The notes: a model not told the origin generated them from the letters alone. Positions 33,887 to 44,215 are shown, counted from the stretch's first letter. The stretch is DNA of 44,215 nt from Thermodesulfovibrionales bacterium (GCA_044450345.1 JBIOIY010000018.1:1-44215), one strand, 5' to 3'. A program made the numbers and translations.

Positions 33887-36800
33887 CACACTTCCCCAGG
33901 CCCCGAAACAATACCGCGTCTGACCAATCGCATATTTTTCCTCCTTTTTTCGAGCCAAAGCCTGAATCTGTCAAGGTAAAGGTATACCACCGGGGTCGTG
34001 TAGAGAGTGAGCATCTGGCTGAAGATCAGGCCCCCCACAATGGCAATACCGAGTGGACGCCGGAGCTCTCCCCCAACGCCAAACCCTATAGCCAGAGGCA
34101 CAGCCCCGAGCAGGGCCGACATAGTCGTCATCATGATCGGCCGAAATCTCAACAGGCAGGCCTGATAGATCGCGTCGACAGAACTTTTTCCATCCCTGCG
34201 TTCCGCCTCAAGCGCGAAGTCAACCATCAGGATGCCGTTCTTTTTCACGATGCCGATGAGGAGAATAATTCCGATCATTGCGATAACGCTCAGCTCTGTG
34301 CGCGTAATCAGGAGCGCGAGGATCGCACCTACACCGGCAGACGGCAACGTTGACAATATAGTAATAGGATGAATGTAGCTTTCATATAATACGCCAAGCA
34401 CAATATAGACCGAAATCAGGGCAGCCAGAATCAGCAATGGTTCACTTGCCAGCGAAGCTTGAAAGACCTGGGCCGTGCCCTGGAAACTACCCCTGACACC
34501 CGACGGCAGACCCATCTGCCGGGTGGCCGTTGCGATCTTACTGACCGCATCACCCAGCGCCGCTCCCGGTGCCAGATTGAACGACAAGGTCACCGATGGG
34601 AACTGTCCCTGATGACTGACCGCAAGTGCTGTGGCAGTCGGCTCGTAACGGCTGAAGGCGCTCAAAGGGACCAGCGTTCCGCTTGAAGAATGTACGTAAA
34701 TATCCCGCAGAGATTCGGGGCGCTGCAGGAACCGTGGCTCTACTTCCATGACCACATGGTACTGGTTTAACAATGTGTACATGATCGAGACCTGCCGCTG
34801 ACCAAAGGCGCTGTAGAGGTTATCATCTATCATCTGGGAGGTTATGCCCAGCCGTGATGCGGTACTCCTGTCGACAACTACCGTCGATTGCATCCCTTTG
34901 TCCTGTTGATCGCTGTTCACATCGACTACCCCCGGCACCTTGCGCAATTGCTGCTCGACCTGCGGCGCCCAGGCCATCAGCTCTTTCAGGTGGTCTCCCT
35001 GAAGCGTAAACTGATATTGTGCGGCGCTTATCCTGCCCCCAACGCGCAGATCCTGTACAGCCTGAAGAACAGCCAGCGCGCCGGGCACACTGACAAGCTT
35101 CTTGCGCATCCGTGCGATCACCTGGTCCGCGCCGAGCTTCCGTTGCTCAAGCGGCTTGAGCGCTATAAACATCCTGGCCGTGTTCCTTGTTGCTCCTCCC
35201 GCGCCGCCGGTAAAGGCTATCACGTTGTCCACCGCAGGGTCGTCCTTGATAATGTCCACAATAGCGACCAGTTTTTCTTTCATCGCCTGAAAAGATATGT
35301 CCTGCGCAGCCTGAATAGACCCCGTCAGACGGCCGGTGTCCTGCTGGGGAAAAAATCCCTTTGGCACAACAATAAACAGAAAGATGCTGGTCACAAGGGT
35401 TATTAATGTCAGTGTAAGCATGAACCGGGGATGGCGGAGTGCCCATGACAGAGTTTTTTCATAACGGCTGTGCATCCACTCGAAAAACAGCCCGCTGGTC
35501 TTATACATCCGGCCGTGGGGACGGCTGGTCTCCGGCTTCAGGAGCACCGCGCACATCATCGGCGTCGTGGTGAGAGATACCACGAGCGAAATCAGGATCG
35601 CTGCTGAAAGAGTTACTGCAAACTCGCGAAACAGCCGGCCCAGCATGCCGCCCATTAACAATATGGGAATGAAAACCGCCACGAGCGAAATGCTGATTGA
35701 GAGGACTGTGAAGCCGATCTCCCGCGCGCCCAGGAAAGCGGCCTCACGGGCAGGCACGCCCTTTTCGAGGTGACGGGTGATATTTTCAAGGACAACAATG
35801 GCATCATCGACGACAAAGCCTGTCGCGATGGTCAGCGCCATGAGAGACAGATTATCAAGGCTGTAACCAAAGAGGTACATGATCCCAAAGGTGCTTATGA
35901 GCGACACCGGGACCGCAACAGCAGGGATAAGCGTTGCCCGTATATTCCGGAGAAATGCAAAGACCACCATGATCACGAGTATACACGCGACAACGAGAGT
36001 AAATTCCACGTGTTTCAGCGAGGCACGGATAGTTGTGGTCCGGTCCATGACTACCGAAAGCCTGACAGCGCCGGGGATAGACGCCTCCAACTGAGGGAGC
36101 ATGGCGGTGATACGGTCGACAGTGTCTATGATATTTGCGCCGGGCTGCCTGAAAAGAATCACAGGCACGGCCGGCTTGCCGTTAACGAATCCTGCATTGC
36201 GTATGTCCTCCACCGAGTCCTGCACGTCGGCAACGTCCGAAAGCCTGACCGCTGCTCCTGATCGGTAGGTGACAATAAGGGGCTTGTACTCTTCGGCTTT
36301 ATATAATTGATCGTTAGTCTTGATCTCCCAGGTCCTGTTCTTGTCCGAGAGTTGTCCTTTGGGCCGGTTCGCATTTGTGCTGTTTAACGCGGCCCTCACG
36401 TCATCGAGGCCTATACCATACTTGTTCAGCGCAGTGGGGTTCAGTTCCACGCGAACTGCAGGCAGCGAGCCGCCGCCCACTATTACCTGGCCGACGCCTT
36501 CAACCTGCGAAAGTTTTTGCTGAAGAATAGTCGAAGCAGCGTCATACATCCGCTCTCTGCTCACCGTATCGGAGGTGAGGGCCACAATGAGAATCGGCGC
36601 ATCGGCAGGATTGACTTTTCTGTAGGTCGGATTGCTCGGAAGCGCAGCCGGCAGGTAACTTCGCGCTGCATTGATTGCCGCCTGGACATCGCGGGCAGCG
36701 CCATCGATGTTGCGGCTGAGATCGAACTGGAGAGTGACGGAAGTTGCTCCAAGAGTGCTGTTTGACGTCATCTCGGTCACGCCTGCGATATGGGCAAACT

Positions 36801-37008
36801 GGCGTTCAAGCGGAGCTGCGACAGATGTCGCCATGGTCTCGGGGCTCGCTCCCGGCAATGCCGCTGATACAGAAATCGTAGGAAAATCGACCTGGGGCAG
36901 AGGAGCAACCGGCAGCAAACGGACGGCAACGATTCCCGCAAGGACCAATCCTACAGTCAGCAGTGTTGTGGCGACAGGTCTCTTGATGAAGGGTGCCGAG
37001 ATATTCAT
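33886..37008 (-). CDS. mdtC: RND efflux permease, MdtC/MuxC type
   Basis: [51 protein letters not shown]; second of tandem RND subunits. Confidence 0.88.
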   Translation of the reverse strand: MNISAPFIKRPVATTLLTVGLVLAGIVAVRLLPVAPLPQVDFPTISVSAALPGASPETMATSVAAPLERQFAHIAGVTEMTSNSTLGATSVTLQFDLSRNIDGAARDVQAAINAARSYLPAALPSNPTYRKVNPADAPILIVALTSDTVSRERMYDAASTILQQKLSQVEGVGQVIVGGGSLPAVRVELNPTALNKYGIGLDDVRAALNSTNANRPKGQLSDKNRTWEIKTNDQLYKAEEYKPLIVTYRSGAAVRLSDVADVQDSVEDIRNAGFVNGKPAVPVILFRQPGANIIDTVDRITAMLPQLEASIPGAVRLSVVMDRTTTIRASLKHVEFTLVVACILVIMVVFAFLRNIRATLIPAVAVPVSLISTFGIMYLFGYSLDNLSLMALTIATGFVVDDAIVVLENITRHLEKGVPAREAAFLGAREIGFTVLSISISLVAVFIPILLMGGMLGRLFREFAVTLSAAILISLVVSLTTTPMMCAVLLKPETSRPHGRMYKTSGLFFEWMHSRYEKTLSWALRHPRFMLTLTLITLVTSIFLFIVVPKGFFPQQDTGRLTGSIQAAQDISFQAMKEKLVAIVDIIKDDPAVDNVIAFTGGAGGATRNTARMFIALKPLEQRKLGADQVIARMRKKLVSVPGALAVLQAVQDLRVGGRISAAQYQFTLQGDHLKELMAWAPQVEQQLRKVPGVVDVNSDQQDKGMQSTVVVDRSTASRLGITSQMIDDNLYSAFGQRQVSIMYTLLNQYHVVMEVEPRFLQRPESLRDIYVHSSSGTLVPLSAFSRYEPTATALAVSHQGQFPSVTLSFNLAPGAALGDAVSKIATATRQMGLPSGVRGSFQGTAQVFQASLASEPLLILAALISVYIVLGVLYESYIHPITILSTLPSAGVGAILALLITRTELSVIAMIGIILLIGIVKKNGILMVDFALEAERRDGKSSVDAIYQACLLRFRPIMMTTMSALLGAVPLAIGFGVGGELRRPLGIAIVGGLIFSQMLTLYTTPVVYLYLDRFRLWLEKRRKNMRLVRRGIVSGPGEV

Positions 37009-40000
37009 CAACCCCCCCTCGGTCCCCCCTTATCAGGGGGGAAGATTGGCTCCTCCCCTGATAAGGGGAGGCTGGGAGGGGTTTCGTCGCGCTTCCCAAC
37101 CCTCCGGGCCAGGCGGTCGAACCAAAGGTAAATGACCGGCGTTGTATAGAGTGTAAGTACCTGGCTGAAGATCAACCCGCCGATGATGGAGATACCAAGC
37201 GGCCTGCGCAACTCCGAACCCATCCCCGTACCCAAGGCCAGAGGAAGCGCAGCCAGCAGTGCAGACAGCGTGGTCATGATGATCGGCCGGAACCTCAAAA
37301 GACACGCCTGATAAATTGCATCAACCGGGCTTTTCCCTTCCCTGCGTTCCGCATCGAGGGCAAAGTCGACCATCATAATACCGTTTTTCTTCACAATACC
37401 TATCAGAAGAATGATGCCGATCAGCGCAATAACGCTGAATTCCGTGCGGCAGATCAGCAGCGCCAGAAGCGCACCAACCCCCGCCGACGGCAACGTCGAA
37501 AGTATTGTAATAGGATGGATGTAACTTTCATACAGCACCCCCAGCACAATGTAGACGGTAATCAGCGCAGCCAGGATCAGAAAAGATTCGTTGGCCAGCG
37601 AGGACTGAAACGCCTGGGCCGTGCCCTGAAAACTGCTGCGGATGCTTGCGGGCAGTCCCATCTTCTGCGTGGCAGAATCGATCTCCTTTATCGCCTTGCC
37701 GAGCGACTCCCCCGGAGCCAGATTGAACGATATTGTCGTTGCCGGGAACTGCCCCTGATGGCTTATGACAAGCGGTCCGGTGGACTCTTCCGTACGTGTG
37801 ATAGCGCCCAACGGTACCTGTCCCCCATTTGAGCCGCGGATGTAGATGTCTTTCAGCTTGCCGGGGTTTTGCATGAATTCAGGCTTTACCTCCAGAATGA
37901 CGCGGTACTGGTTCAACTGCGTGAACATGGTAGAGACCTGACGCTGCCCGAAGGCGTCGTAAAGGGTATCATCAATGAGCTGCGGGGTGATGCCCAAGCG
38001 CGAGGCCGTGGTCCGGTCTATGTTCATTGAAGCACGCATACCCTGGTCCTGCTGGTCGCTGCTCACATCGCGAAGCTCCGGGAGCCCGCTCAGGGCATCG
38101 ACAACCCTGGGTGTCCAGCTATTGAGTTCACTAAGGTCAGGGTCTTCGAGGCTGTACTGGTACTGTGTCTTGCTCACTCTGCTTTCGACCGTAAGGTCCT
38201 GCACCGGCTGCATGTAAAGCGCGATCCCTCTGAGTTTCGCAAGTTCCGGCTGCATCCGGCGTATGATATCGCTTGCGCTCATTTTTCGCTCTTCCATCGG
38301 CTTGAGGTTAATGAGCACGCGTCCGGTATTGAGGGTTGTGTTAGTCCCGTCCACTCCGATGAACATGGAGAGACTTTTGACCGCCGGGTCCTTCAGGATG
38401 ACTCTGCTGAGGGCCTGCTGCTGCTCCGCCATTGCAGTAAATGACGTCCATTGGGGGGCTTCGGAAATCCCCAGGATAAAACCTGTGTCCTGAACAGGGA
38501 AAAAACCTTTCGGAATAACTATGTAGAGAAACACGGTAAGGACCAGAGTCCCCAGGGCCACAAACAACGTAGCAGTCTGACGCTGAAGCACCCATTTCAG
38601 CGTACTGCCGTATAACTCGATGGCCCTGTCAAACAGCCGCTGAGATACCCGGAAAAGCCTTTTTTGCTGTTCTTCAGGCTTATGTTTGAGCAGTCTTGCA
38701 CACATCATCGGGGTGAGAGTAAGCGAGACTACCGCTGAAATCACAATCGTAACTCCGAGTGTGATTGCAAATTCCCGGAACAACCGTCCCACTACATCGC
38801 CCATAAAAAGAAGCGGAATAAGCACGGCCACGAGCGAGACTGTCAGGGACATGATGGTAAAGGCTATCTGTTTCGAACCTTTTAGCGCGGCCTCAAGAGG
38901 GGTTTCTCCCTGCTCGATGTACCGGGCGATATTTTCGATCATGACAATCGCGTCATCGACCACAAACCCGGTCGCGATCGTCAGCGCCATCAGCGAGAGG
39001 TTATTGAGGCTGAACCCCACAAGATACATTATTCCGAAAGTGCCCACGAGGGACAATGGGACCGCTACGCTGGGTATGGATGTTGCCGCCAGTGTCCGAA
39101 GAAACAAAAAGATCACCAGCACGACCAGCGCCACCGCCAGCATCAGCTCAAACTCAACATCTTTGACCGAGGTCCGGATGGTTGTTGTCCGGTCATTTAA
39201 AATGGAGACTTGTACTGTGGAAGGCAGCGAACTCTGCAATTGAGGCAGCAGTTTCTTCACGCGGTCTACGACTTCAATGACATTGGAGCCGGGCTGCCGC
39301 TGTATGTTCACTATCACCGCAGGGGTATCGTTCATCCAGGCCGCCTGCTTCACGTTTTCGGCGTCGTCAATGACAGTGGCCACATCGGAGAGCAATACAG
39401 GGGCATTGTTATGATAGGCAACGACCAAAGGCCTGTATTCTTTGCTCGAAAGGAGTTGATCGTTTGCCCCGATGATAGAGGACTGCCGGGCGCCGTCGAA
39501 GCCGCCCTTCGCCTGATTGACGTTTGCCGCTGCAAGGGCTGTGCGCATGTCTTCGAGTGTAAGGCCATAGGCCGCCAGAACAGTCGGGTTTGCCTGTACC
39601 CTGACCGCCGGCCTTTGCCCGCCGCTGATACTGACCAGTCCTACCCCGGATAGCTGGGATATCTTCTGAGCAAGCCTTGTGTCCGCCAGATCTTCCACCT
39701 GGGGCAGGGGCAAGGTGTCTGAAGTCAAGGCGAGGGTCAGAATCGGCGCATCCGCGGGATTCACCTTGCTGTATACCGGGGGGTTCGGAAGGTCCCTCGG
39801 AAGAAATGTTGTTGCGGCATTGATGGCTGCCTGCACTTCCTGTTCTGCAACATCGAGGCTCAGGTCGAGACTGAATTGCAGGGTGACCACCGAACTTCCG
39901 CCGGAGCTTGTGGATGTCATCTGTCTTAATCCGGGCATCTGCCCGAACTGGCGCTCCAGAGGGGCAGTGATTGATGAGGCGGCGACGTCAGGGCTTGCGC

Positions 40001-40157
40001 CCGGATAAAAAGTCACGACCTGGATCGTAGGGTAATCCACCTGCGGTAACGCAGAGACAGGCAACAGTTTGTATGCCACGGCGCCGGCAAGCAAAATGGC
40101 GACCATCAGCAGCGTGGTTGCCACCGGCCGCACTATGAAGATACGCGAAGGATTCAT
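37008..40157 (-). CDS. mdtB: RND efflux permease, MdtB/MuxB type
   Basis: [53 protein letters not shown]. Confidence 0.92.
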   Translation of the reverse strand: MNPSRIFIVRPVATTLLMVAILLAGAVAYKLLPVSALPQVDYPTIQVVTFYPGASPDVAASSITAPLERQFGQMPGLRQMTSTSSGGSSVVTLQFSLDLSLDVAEQEVQAAINAATTFLPRDLPNPPVYSKVNPADAPILTLALTSDTLPLPQVEDLADTRLAQKISQLSGVGLVSISGGQRPAVRVQANPTVLAAYGLTLEDMRTALAAANVNQAKGGFDGARQSSIIGANDQLLSSKEYRPLVVAYHNNAPVLLSDVATVIDDAENVKQAAWMNDTPAVIVNIQRQPGSNVIEVVDRVKKLLPQLQSSLPSTVQVSILNDRTTTIRTSVKDVEFELMLAVALVVLVIFLFLRTLAATSIPSVAVPLSLVGTFGIMYLVGFSLNNLSLMALTIATGFVVDDAIVMIENIARYIEQGETPLEAALKGSKQIAFTIMSLTVSLVAVLIPLLFMGDVVGRLFREFAITLGVTIVISAVVSLTLTPMMCARLLKHKPEEQQKRLFRVSQRLFDRAIELYGSTLKWVLQRQTATLFVALGTLVLTVFLYIVIPKGFFPVQDTGFILGISEAPQWTSFTAMAEQQQALSRVILKDPAVKSLSMFIGVDGTNTTLNTGRVLINLKPMEERKMSASDIIRRMQPELAKLRGIALYMQPVQDLTVESRVSKTQYQYSLEDPDLSELNSWTPRVVDALSGLPELRDVSSDQQDQGMRASMNIDRTTASRLGITPQLIDDTLYDAFGQRQVSTMFTQLNQYRVILEVKPEFMQNPGKLKDIYIRGSNGGQVPLGAITRTEESTGPLVISHQGQFPATTISFNLAPGESLGKAIKEIDSATQKMGLPASIRSSFQGTAQAFQSSLANESFLILAALITVYIVLGVLYESYIHPITILSTLPSAGVGALLALLICRTEFSVIALIGIILLIGIVKKNGIMMVDFALDAERREGKSPVDAIYQACLLRFRPIIMTTLSALLAALPLALGTGMGSELRRPLGISIIGGLIFSQVLTLYTTPVIYLWFDRLARRVGKRDETPPSLPLSGEEPIFPPDKGGPRGG
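37010..37083. repeat. GC-rich double-hairpin repeat (CCCC-TTATCA-GGGG family) at the mdtB/mdtC junction
   Basis: AACCCCCCCTCGGTCCCCCCTTATCAGGGGGG...CTCCCCTGATAAGGGGAGGCTGGGAGGGGTT; translated as the mdtB tail [24 protein letters not shown]. Confidence 0.7.
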
Positions 40158-40171
40158 CTTTCTGTGTTCAA

Positions 40172-41383
40172 CTACTTGGCCTTGCGGGGTTTGTTTTCTG
40201 GCTGACCCTGAATTTCGACCTTGCTGCCATCCCGCAGTCTGTCTGCGCCTTCCACAACTACTGATTCGCCGGGCGCTAACCCCTCTATGGAGATATCGTC
40301 TCCCTCGGACGGACCCGGACGGACCGGACGCAGTTCTGCGGTCTTGTCGGCCTTCACTACATACACGAAGGCCCCTTTTGGACTTCGCTGTATCGCGGCC
40401 AGCGGCACAATAGCAGTTCCTTGCTTTGTGTCGAGAAGGAGATGGGCGTTTACAAATTGATTAGGGAAAAGTTCATTTTCCTTATTTGGAAACATTGCCC
40501 TGAGACGGACGGTGCCGGTTGTAGGATCGATCTGATTGTCAACGGTAAGCAGGTATCCGGAAGCGCTTTTCTGATTTTGTTCGCGATTAAAAGCCTCAAC
40601 CTGTATACGCTGACCAGCCTTGAGCTTGCGTAACACATCAGGGAGGTTGTCCTCGGGAATTGAAAAAATTATCGTGGTTGGTTGAAGTTGCGTAATTACA
40701 ACCAGACCGTTTTGATCGCTCGCGTGAACTATATTGCCTGGGTCCACTACTCGCAACCCCACTCTTCCCGCAATCGGTGAGGTGATACGACAGTACACGA
40801 GCTGCAGTCTGGCGTTATCGATTTGTCCCTGGTCCACTTTGACGGCCCCTTCATACTGACGGACCAAAGCCTCCTGTGTATCCAACTGCTGTTTAGGGAT
40901 CGAATCCTGCTCAGACAATACCTGATAGCGTTTCAGATCGAGCACCGCGTTTTTCAGCAGTGCCTGGTCGCGGGCCATCTGTCCCTCCGCCTGGGTCAAC
41001 TGCACCTCAAAGGGCCTGGGGTCTATTTCGGCCAGCAGATCTCCACTTTTTACGGTCTGCCCTTCCCGGAAGAGGACCTTCATCAGTTGCCCGTCAACGC
41101 GGCTCTTCACTGTAACGACATTGAGCGGCGTTACCGAGCCGAGTCCATTCAGATAGATTCTGATGTCGCCCTTTCTCGCTGCGGCTGTCACAACGGGTAC
41201 GCTGCGGACGCTAGGACCTTGTTTGGCGGAACGATCCGGCGCTTTGGCGAAATAAAAGTATACGCCGGCGGCAAGGACGCAGACCGCAAGCAGCCACATC
41301 CACCAGCGTCTGGTTCGTGCTGCAGGCCGGACCTTCTCCTGCGTGTCATCATTCATGTTTTCCGGTGTAGATGTCATAGTCAT
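40172..41383 (-). CDS. mdtA: RND efflux membrane fusion protein, MdtA/MuxA type
   Basis: N-terminal [58 protein letters not shown]. Confidence 0.92.
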   Translation of the reverse strand: MTMTSTPENMNDDTQEKVRPAARTRRWWMWLLAVCVLAAGVYFYFAKAPDRSAKQGPSVRSVPVVTAAARKGDIRIYLNGLGSVTPLNVVTVKSRVDGQLMKVLFREGQTVKSGDLLAEIDPRPFEVQLTQAEGQMARDQALLKNAVLDLKRYQVLSEQDSIPKQQLDTQEALVRQYEGAVKVDQGQIDNARLQLVYCRITSPIAGRVGLRVVDPGNIVHASDQNGLVVITQLQPTTIIFSIPEDNLPDVLRKLKAGQRIQVEAFNREQNQKSASGYLLTVDNQIDPTTGTVRLRAMFPNKENELFPNQFVNAHLLLDTKQGTAIVPLAAIQRSPKGAFVYVVKADKTAELRPVRPGPSEGDDISIEGLAPGESVVVEGADRLRDGSKVEIQGQPENKPRKAK

Positions 41384-41443
41384 AGCCTCGCTTAGACCAA
41401 AATTGGCGATCTGATTTGTGTATATCGCATTATTATATATTTG

Positions 41444-41558
41444 TGAAGAACCCTACGGCAAGACCGCAGGGTATCTTAACGCAAGGATATCTTTTTTATC
41501 ATATTCTCTCGCTAACCCCGCAGCAAGCAACCGGGAATGCGCTCCCTATCCGTTTCAA
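41444..41558 (+). mobile_element. Non-autonomous dispersed repeat (IS200/IS605-end-like MITE), copy 2
   Basis: Near-identical to 8239-8374, about 20 bp shorter near the left end; ends TTTCAA; lies upstream of mdtA. Confidence 0.7.
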
Positions 41559-41778
41559 TCAAGTATTGGAATGCGTGCTCATTAAAGGGCTTTACCAGGC
41601 GGTCCGTTTAGGCACCCTGTCCTTATGCGGCCGGACGATCTTCTTTCTCAAAAGAAAGACGAACAAGACGGACTGGAGGTTACACCGGGAAGGACTAAAA
41701 AATCACCGGCAGCCACGGGGGTTCCAATCCGCACTTATCGGTTGAAGACAAAAAACGCCCTTGTGTTACAATGACGAT

Positions 41779-42120
41779 ATGCCGGAAGATAATTCCAAAT
41801 TGGTCTATTCGACGGAAAGAGCTGTCCCGAGGAAGGAAAAACCGGCTGATCGAAATTTTACGACAGCTACGCGTCCCGCAAAATCCGGAACGATCGTACG
41901 CCTCGACAGAAAAGGCAGGGGCGGCAAGTCGGTCACCGTAATAGAGGGTCTTCGGATTTCGGTTAAAGAAAGCGAAAAACTCCTGAAACAATTAAAGGCG
42001 AAACTGGGTACCGGAGGAACCGTTAAGGACGGCTCTCTGGAAATCCAGGGAGACCATTGCGATGCAGTCATGGCCGAGTTAAAGAGAATCGGCTACAAGC
42101 CGAAGCGTTCGGGCGGATAA
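41779..42120 (+). CDS. yciH: Translation initiation factor SUI1/YciH family
   Basis: LVYST, RKGRGGKSVTVIEG, LKAKLGTGGTVKDG..EIQGDH. Confidence 0.93.
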   Translation: MPEDNSKLVYSTERAVPRKEKPADRNFTTATRPAKSGTIVRLDRKGRGGKSVTVIEGLRISVKESEKLLKQLKAKLGTGGTVKDGSLEIQGDHCDAVMAELKRIGYKPKRSGG

Positions 42121-42160
42121 AAAATAGGCATGGCGATGCTGCGCTCGGATAGCGGTTTCC

Positions 42161-42706
42161 GTGGCTGACTTCAGAAGAGAGTCCGGTCCGGATGAACTTC
42201 TTACTCACTATTCATATCTCTTCTGCGATGATCTGAAAGAGTATCCGATCCTTGATCTTGCCTGCGGGGATGGACATAACGGGATATTCCTTGCGTCAAA
42301 GGGCTTTTCAGTCGTTCTGGCAGACAGCTCGGAAGAGGCCCTTGCTCAGGCGAGACTGAACGCGCAGGCAGCCGGGGTAACTGTACAATTCCGGCAGGTG
42401 GACCTCGAACAGGAAGGCGTCAATCCCCTGGAGGGTCTCTTCTTCAGCGCAGTCCTTGTCTTCCGCTATCTCCACCGTCCACTCATTCCCTGCATCACGA
42501 AGTCTCTGAAACAAGGCGGAATTCTCATGTATGAGACATTCACCACGGAACAGGCCCGGTTCGGAAAGCCGAAAAACCCCGACCACCTCCTTAACGCCGG
42601 CGAGCTTCTTTCGTGGTTTCACGACTGGGAGGTGATATACACCTTTGAAGGGACCATCGGCGTCCCGCCGAAAGCCATAGCCCGGCTTGTCTGTAGAAAG
42701 GCGTAA
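42161..42706 (+). CDS. Class I SAM-dependent methyltransferase (TehB-like)
   Basis: ILDLACGDGHNGIFLA, D.S..AL, VFRYLHRPL, LKQGGILMYETF, L..GEL. Confidence 0.88.
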   Translation: MADFRRESGPDELLTHYSYLFCDDLKEYPILDLACGDGHNGIFLASKGFSVVLADSSEEALAQARLNAQAAGVTVQFRQVDLEQEGVNPLEGLFFSAVLVFRYLHRPLIPCITKSLKQGGILMYETFTTEQARFGKPKNPDHLLNAGELLSWFHDWEVIYTFEGTIGVPPKAIARLVCRKA

Positions 42707-42744
42707 GGGGCGGACAGCGCTCTTTATTCAACAGACGCTGCGTC

Positions 42745-42788
42745 CCTCCGCTTGCGGCCTCCCCTGAGAAGTTGACAGCCTGCAGTGC
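42745..42788 (+). repeat. 44-bp direct repeat, left copy
   Basis: CCTCCGCTTGCGGCCTCCCCTGAGAAGTTGACAGCCTGCAGTGC; 40/44 identical to 43840-43883. Confidence 0.85.
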
Positions 42789-42814
42789 CCGCTTTCATTC
42801 ATCTGTTAAGACCG

Positions 42815-43732
42815 TCAGAGTTCGACGATCCTTGTGCTGATCTCGATCGCTGCCTCGGCGCCCTGGCCGGCGGAGATGATCGCCTGGGAGTGGCCTTGGC
42901 GGAGAGCGCCGACGACGAAGAGGCCGGGGATGCTCGATTCTCCCGCACCCCTCGTCACGATCTTAAACCCCTCGGCGTCGCGCTCCAGGGGGAGGCCCTC
43001 GAGGTACTCGTCGTTTAGGGAGATCCCCCCCCACCCCAGGATGACCTCGCACGGGATGACGCGGCCGTCAGCGAGCCGCACCCCTTCGAGCGTCTTCTCG
43101 CCGAGCAACTCTTCCGGCCGCCCCTCGACCAGGCTGATTCCCTCCTCCTTGAGGAGCGATGCGTACGTCGGCGCCAGAGAGAAGCCGTGAGCAAGGAACG
43201 TCACGTCCTTGGTGAACAACTGCTTCATGCCGACGCTGAGGCGCACCCCGTTGACGGTGCGGTCGATAACAAGCAGCTTCTTGCCGGTAGTGCGATAGCC
43301 GTCGCAAATCATGCAGGTGAAGTAGGAGATGCTGAAGAAGCGCGCGATGTTCTTGAAGGGGGCGAGGGACTCCCTGGCCCCTGAGGCAGCGATGACGAAA
43401 CGGGCGCGATAGGTCTTTCCCTCAGCCTGCACCTCGAAATACCCCTCCCGGGGCGTGACGCGGTCCACCTTGGCGCGCGCGACAGCAACGCCGAAGCTCT
43501 CTGCCTGGGCGAGGCCGGCTTCCAGGAGGTCCGGGCCTGTGACAACACGAAGGCCGAGGTAGTTCTCGATATGCTTGGCGTGGTAGGTCCGTCCGCCTGG
43601 CCGGTGGAACAGCATGACGCGGAAGTTGTAGCGGCCGAGGTGGACGCAGGCCTGCAGGCCCCCCGGGCCCGCCCCGATAACGATGCAGTCGAGGGGTGTC
43701 TCGGCGCCCTCGGTGCCACCCTTTCGTTCCAT
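42815..43732 (-). CDS. Thioredoxin-reductase-like FAD-dependent oxidoreductase
   Basis: IGAGPGG, IENYLG, VIAASGA, CMICDG, SIPGLFVVG, QAIISAGQG; GAGGGG RBS. Confidence 0.88.
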   Translation of the reverse strand: MERKGGTEGAETPLDCIVIGAGPGGLQACVHLGRYNFRVMLFHRPGGRTYHAKHIENYLGLRVVTGPDLLEAGLAQAESFGVAVARAKVDRVTPREGYFEVQAEGKTYRARFVIAASGARESLAPFKNIARFFSISYFTCMICDGYRTTGKKLLVIDRTVNGVRLSVGMKQLFTKDVTFLAHGFSLAPTYASLLKEEGISLVEGRPEELLGEKTLEGVRLADGRVIPCEVILGWGGISLNDEYLEGLPLERDAEGFKIVTRGAGESSIPGLFVVGALRQGHSQAIISAGQGAEAAIEISTRIVEL

Positions 43733-43839
43733 CGCCCCTCCCCTCTATACCCAAGCGTTGCTGATAAAAATTTGCTTTTCCAACATGAGAGAAAAATAGC
43801 ACTAGAAGGGGCTCTTGTCAATGCGACAAATTGCCTTAA

Positions 43840-43883
43840 CCTCCGCATGCAGGCTCCCCTAAGAAGTTGACAGCCTGCAGTGC
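43840..43883 (+). repeat. 44-bp direct repeat, right copy (contains TTGACA, followed by TACGAT at 43889)
   Basis: CCTCCGCATGCAGGCTCCCCTAAGAAGTTGACAGCCTGCAGTGC. Confidence 0.85.
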
Positions 43884-43977
43884 TCTGATACGATGATGCA
43901 TTATACCTACCTTCATCTCTGTCCGGCAGCATAGGTGTGATAGGGTGTATATATAGTAAGGATGAACTGGTCACGGA

Positions 43978-44099
43978 AAAAATAACCGCGTAATTCCCTG
44001 TACCGCCGCAATCAGGCGCAGTCAAGAACACCTGATAGCCAACAGATCTTCCCAGCCGCAACTGTTGAAGAGTCTGTCCCGAAACACGCGGCTATTTTT
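43978..44099 (-). other. Candidate structured RNA or palindromic element (multi-stem junction)
   Basis: A 14-bp closing stem encloses two hairpins; the non-Watson-Crick pairs read as G-U on the minus strand. Confidence 0.4.
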
Positions 44100-44215
44100 A
44101 CAATAGAGAAGGACACTTTTTTTCGGACTCGGCGTACAACACAAGGATGCTCGGCGTTTGTTTCTCCCAATAATTTGTGGAGAATGAGTTCCACTGCCTA
44201 GAAAATCAGTTTCGC

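Noticed and set aside
33887..33958. Longer OMF N-terminus starting at 33958 as in the ORF track
   Set aside because: It overlaps the mdtC 3' end by over 70 nt; the TGATG-coupled ATG at 33886 is more plausible.
1172..44194. Numerous alternative-frame and antisense ORFs in the track (e.g. 1895-2539, 6229-6882, 10755-11525, 23632-24546, 43309-44061)
   Set aside because: They overlap well-supported genes, lack recognisable motifs or RBS, and are typical shadow ORFs.

Overview
Bacterial chromosomal window. Gene content and repeat families suggest Nitrospirota (Thermodesulfovibrionia-like) or a related anaerobe; this is inference. Left part (1-15.9 kb) is mostly core: a partial DsrE-family gene, a decayed mini-islet (DUF6883/DUF4926-like) bounded by tRNA-Sec-like att repeats, ferredoxin plus a deoxyhypusine-synthase-like gene, rpsT, leuS-lptE-holA, thiD, a Pro/Ala-rich lipoprotein, an M1 peptidase-ChaN-PDZ fusion, a GAF-GGDEF cyclase and a TPP-riboswitch-controlled thiSGEC operon. 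Middle (16.1-32.0 kb) is a co-directional signalling island that starts at an IS21-like end. It holds a membrane multi-PAS HisKA_3 kinase with a NarL-type regulator, a duplicated 57-bp phased-repeat promoter module, and cheX-cheW-miniMCP-MCP (CZB between the TM helices)-cheR-cheA-cheB-cheY-REC-PAS/GGDEF/EAL, followed by a two-CW protein and a stand-alone CZB protein. This is the best candidate for an undescribed system: a transcriptionally gated, zinc/thiol-redox-sensing chemosensory pathway probably coupled to c-di-GMP. Right part (32.3-44.2 kb) has an MdtABC-type RND pump with an outer-membrane factor carrying in-frame palindromic repeat insertions, yciH, a methyltransferase, an atypical TrxB-like gene between 44-bp direct repeats, and a candidate structured RNA. 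All calls come from motif recognition by eye; no database searches were run.
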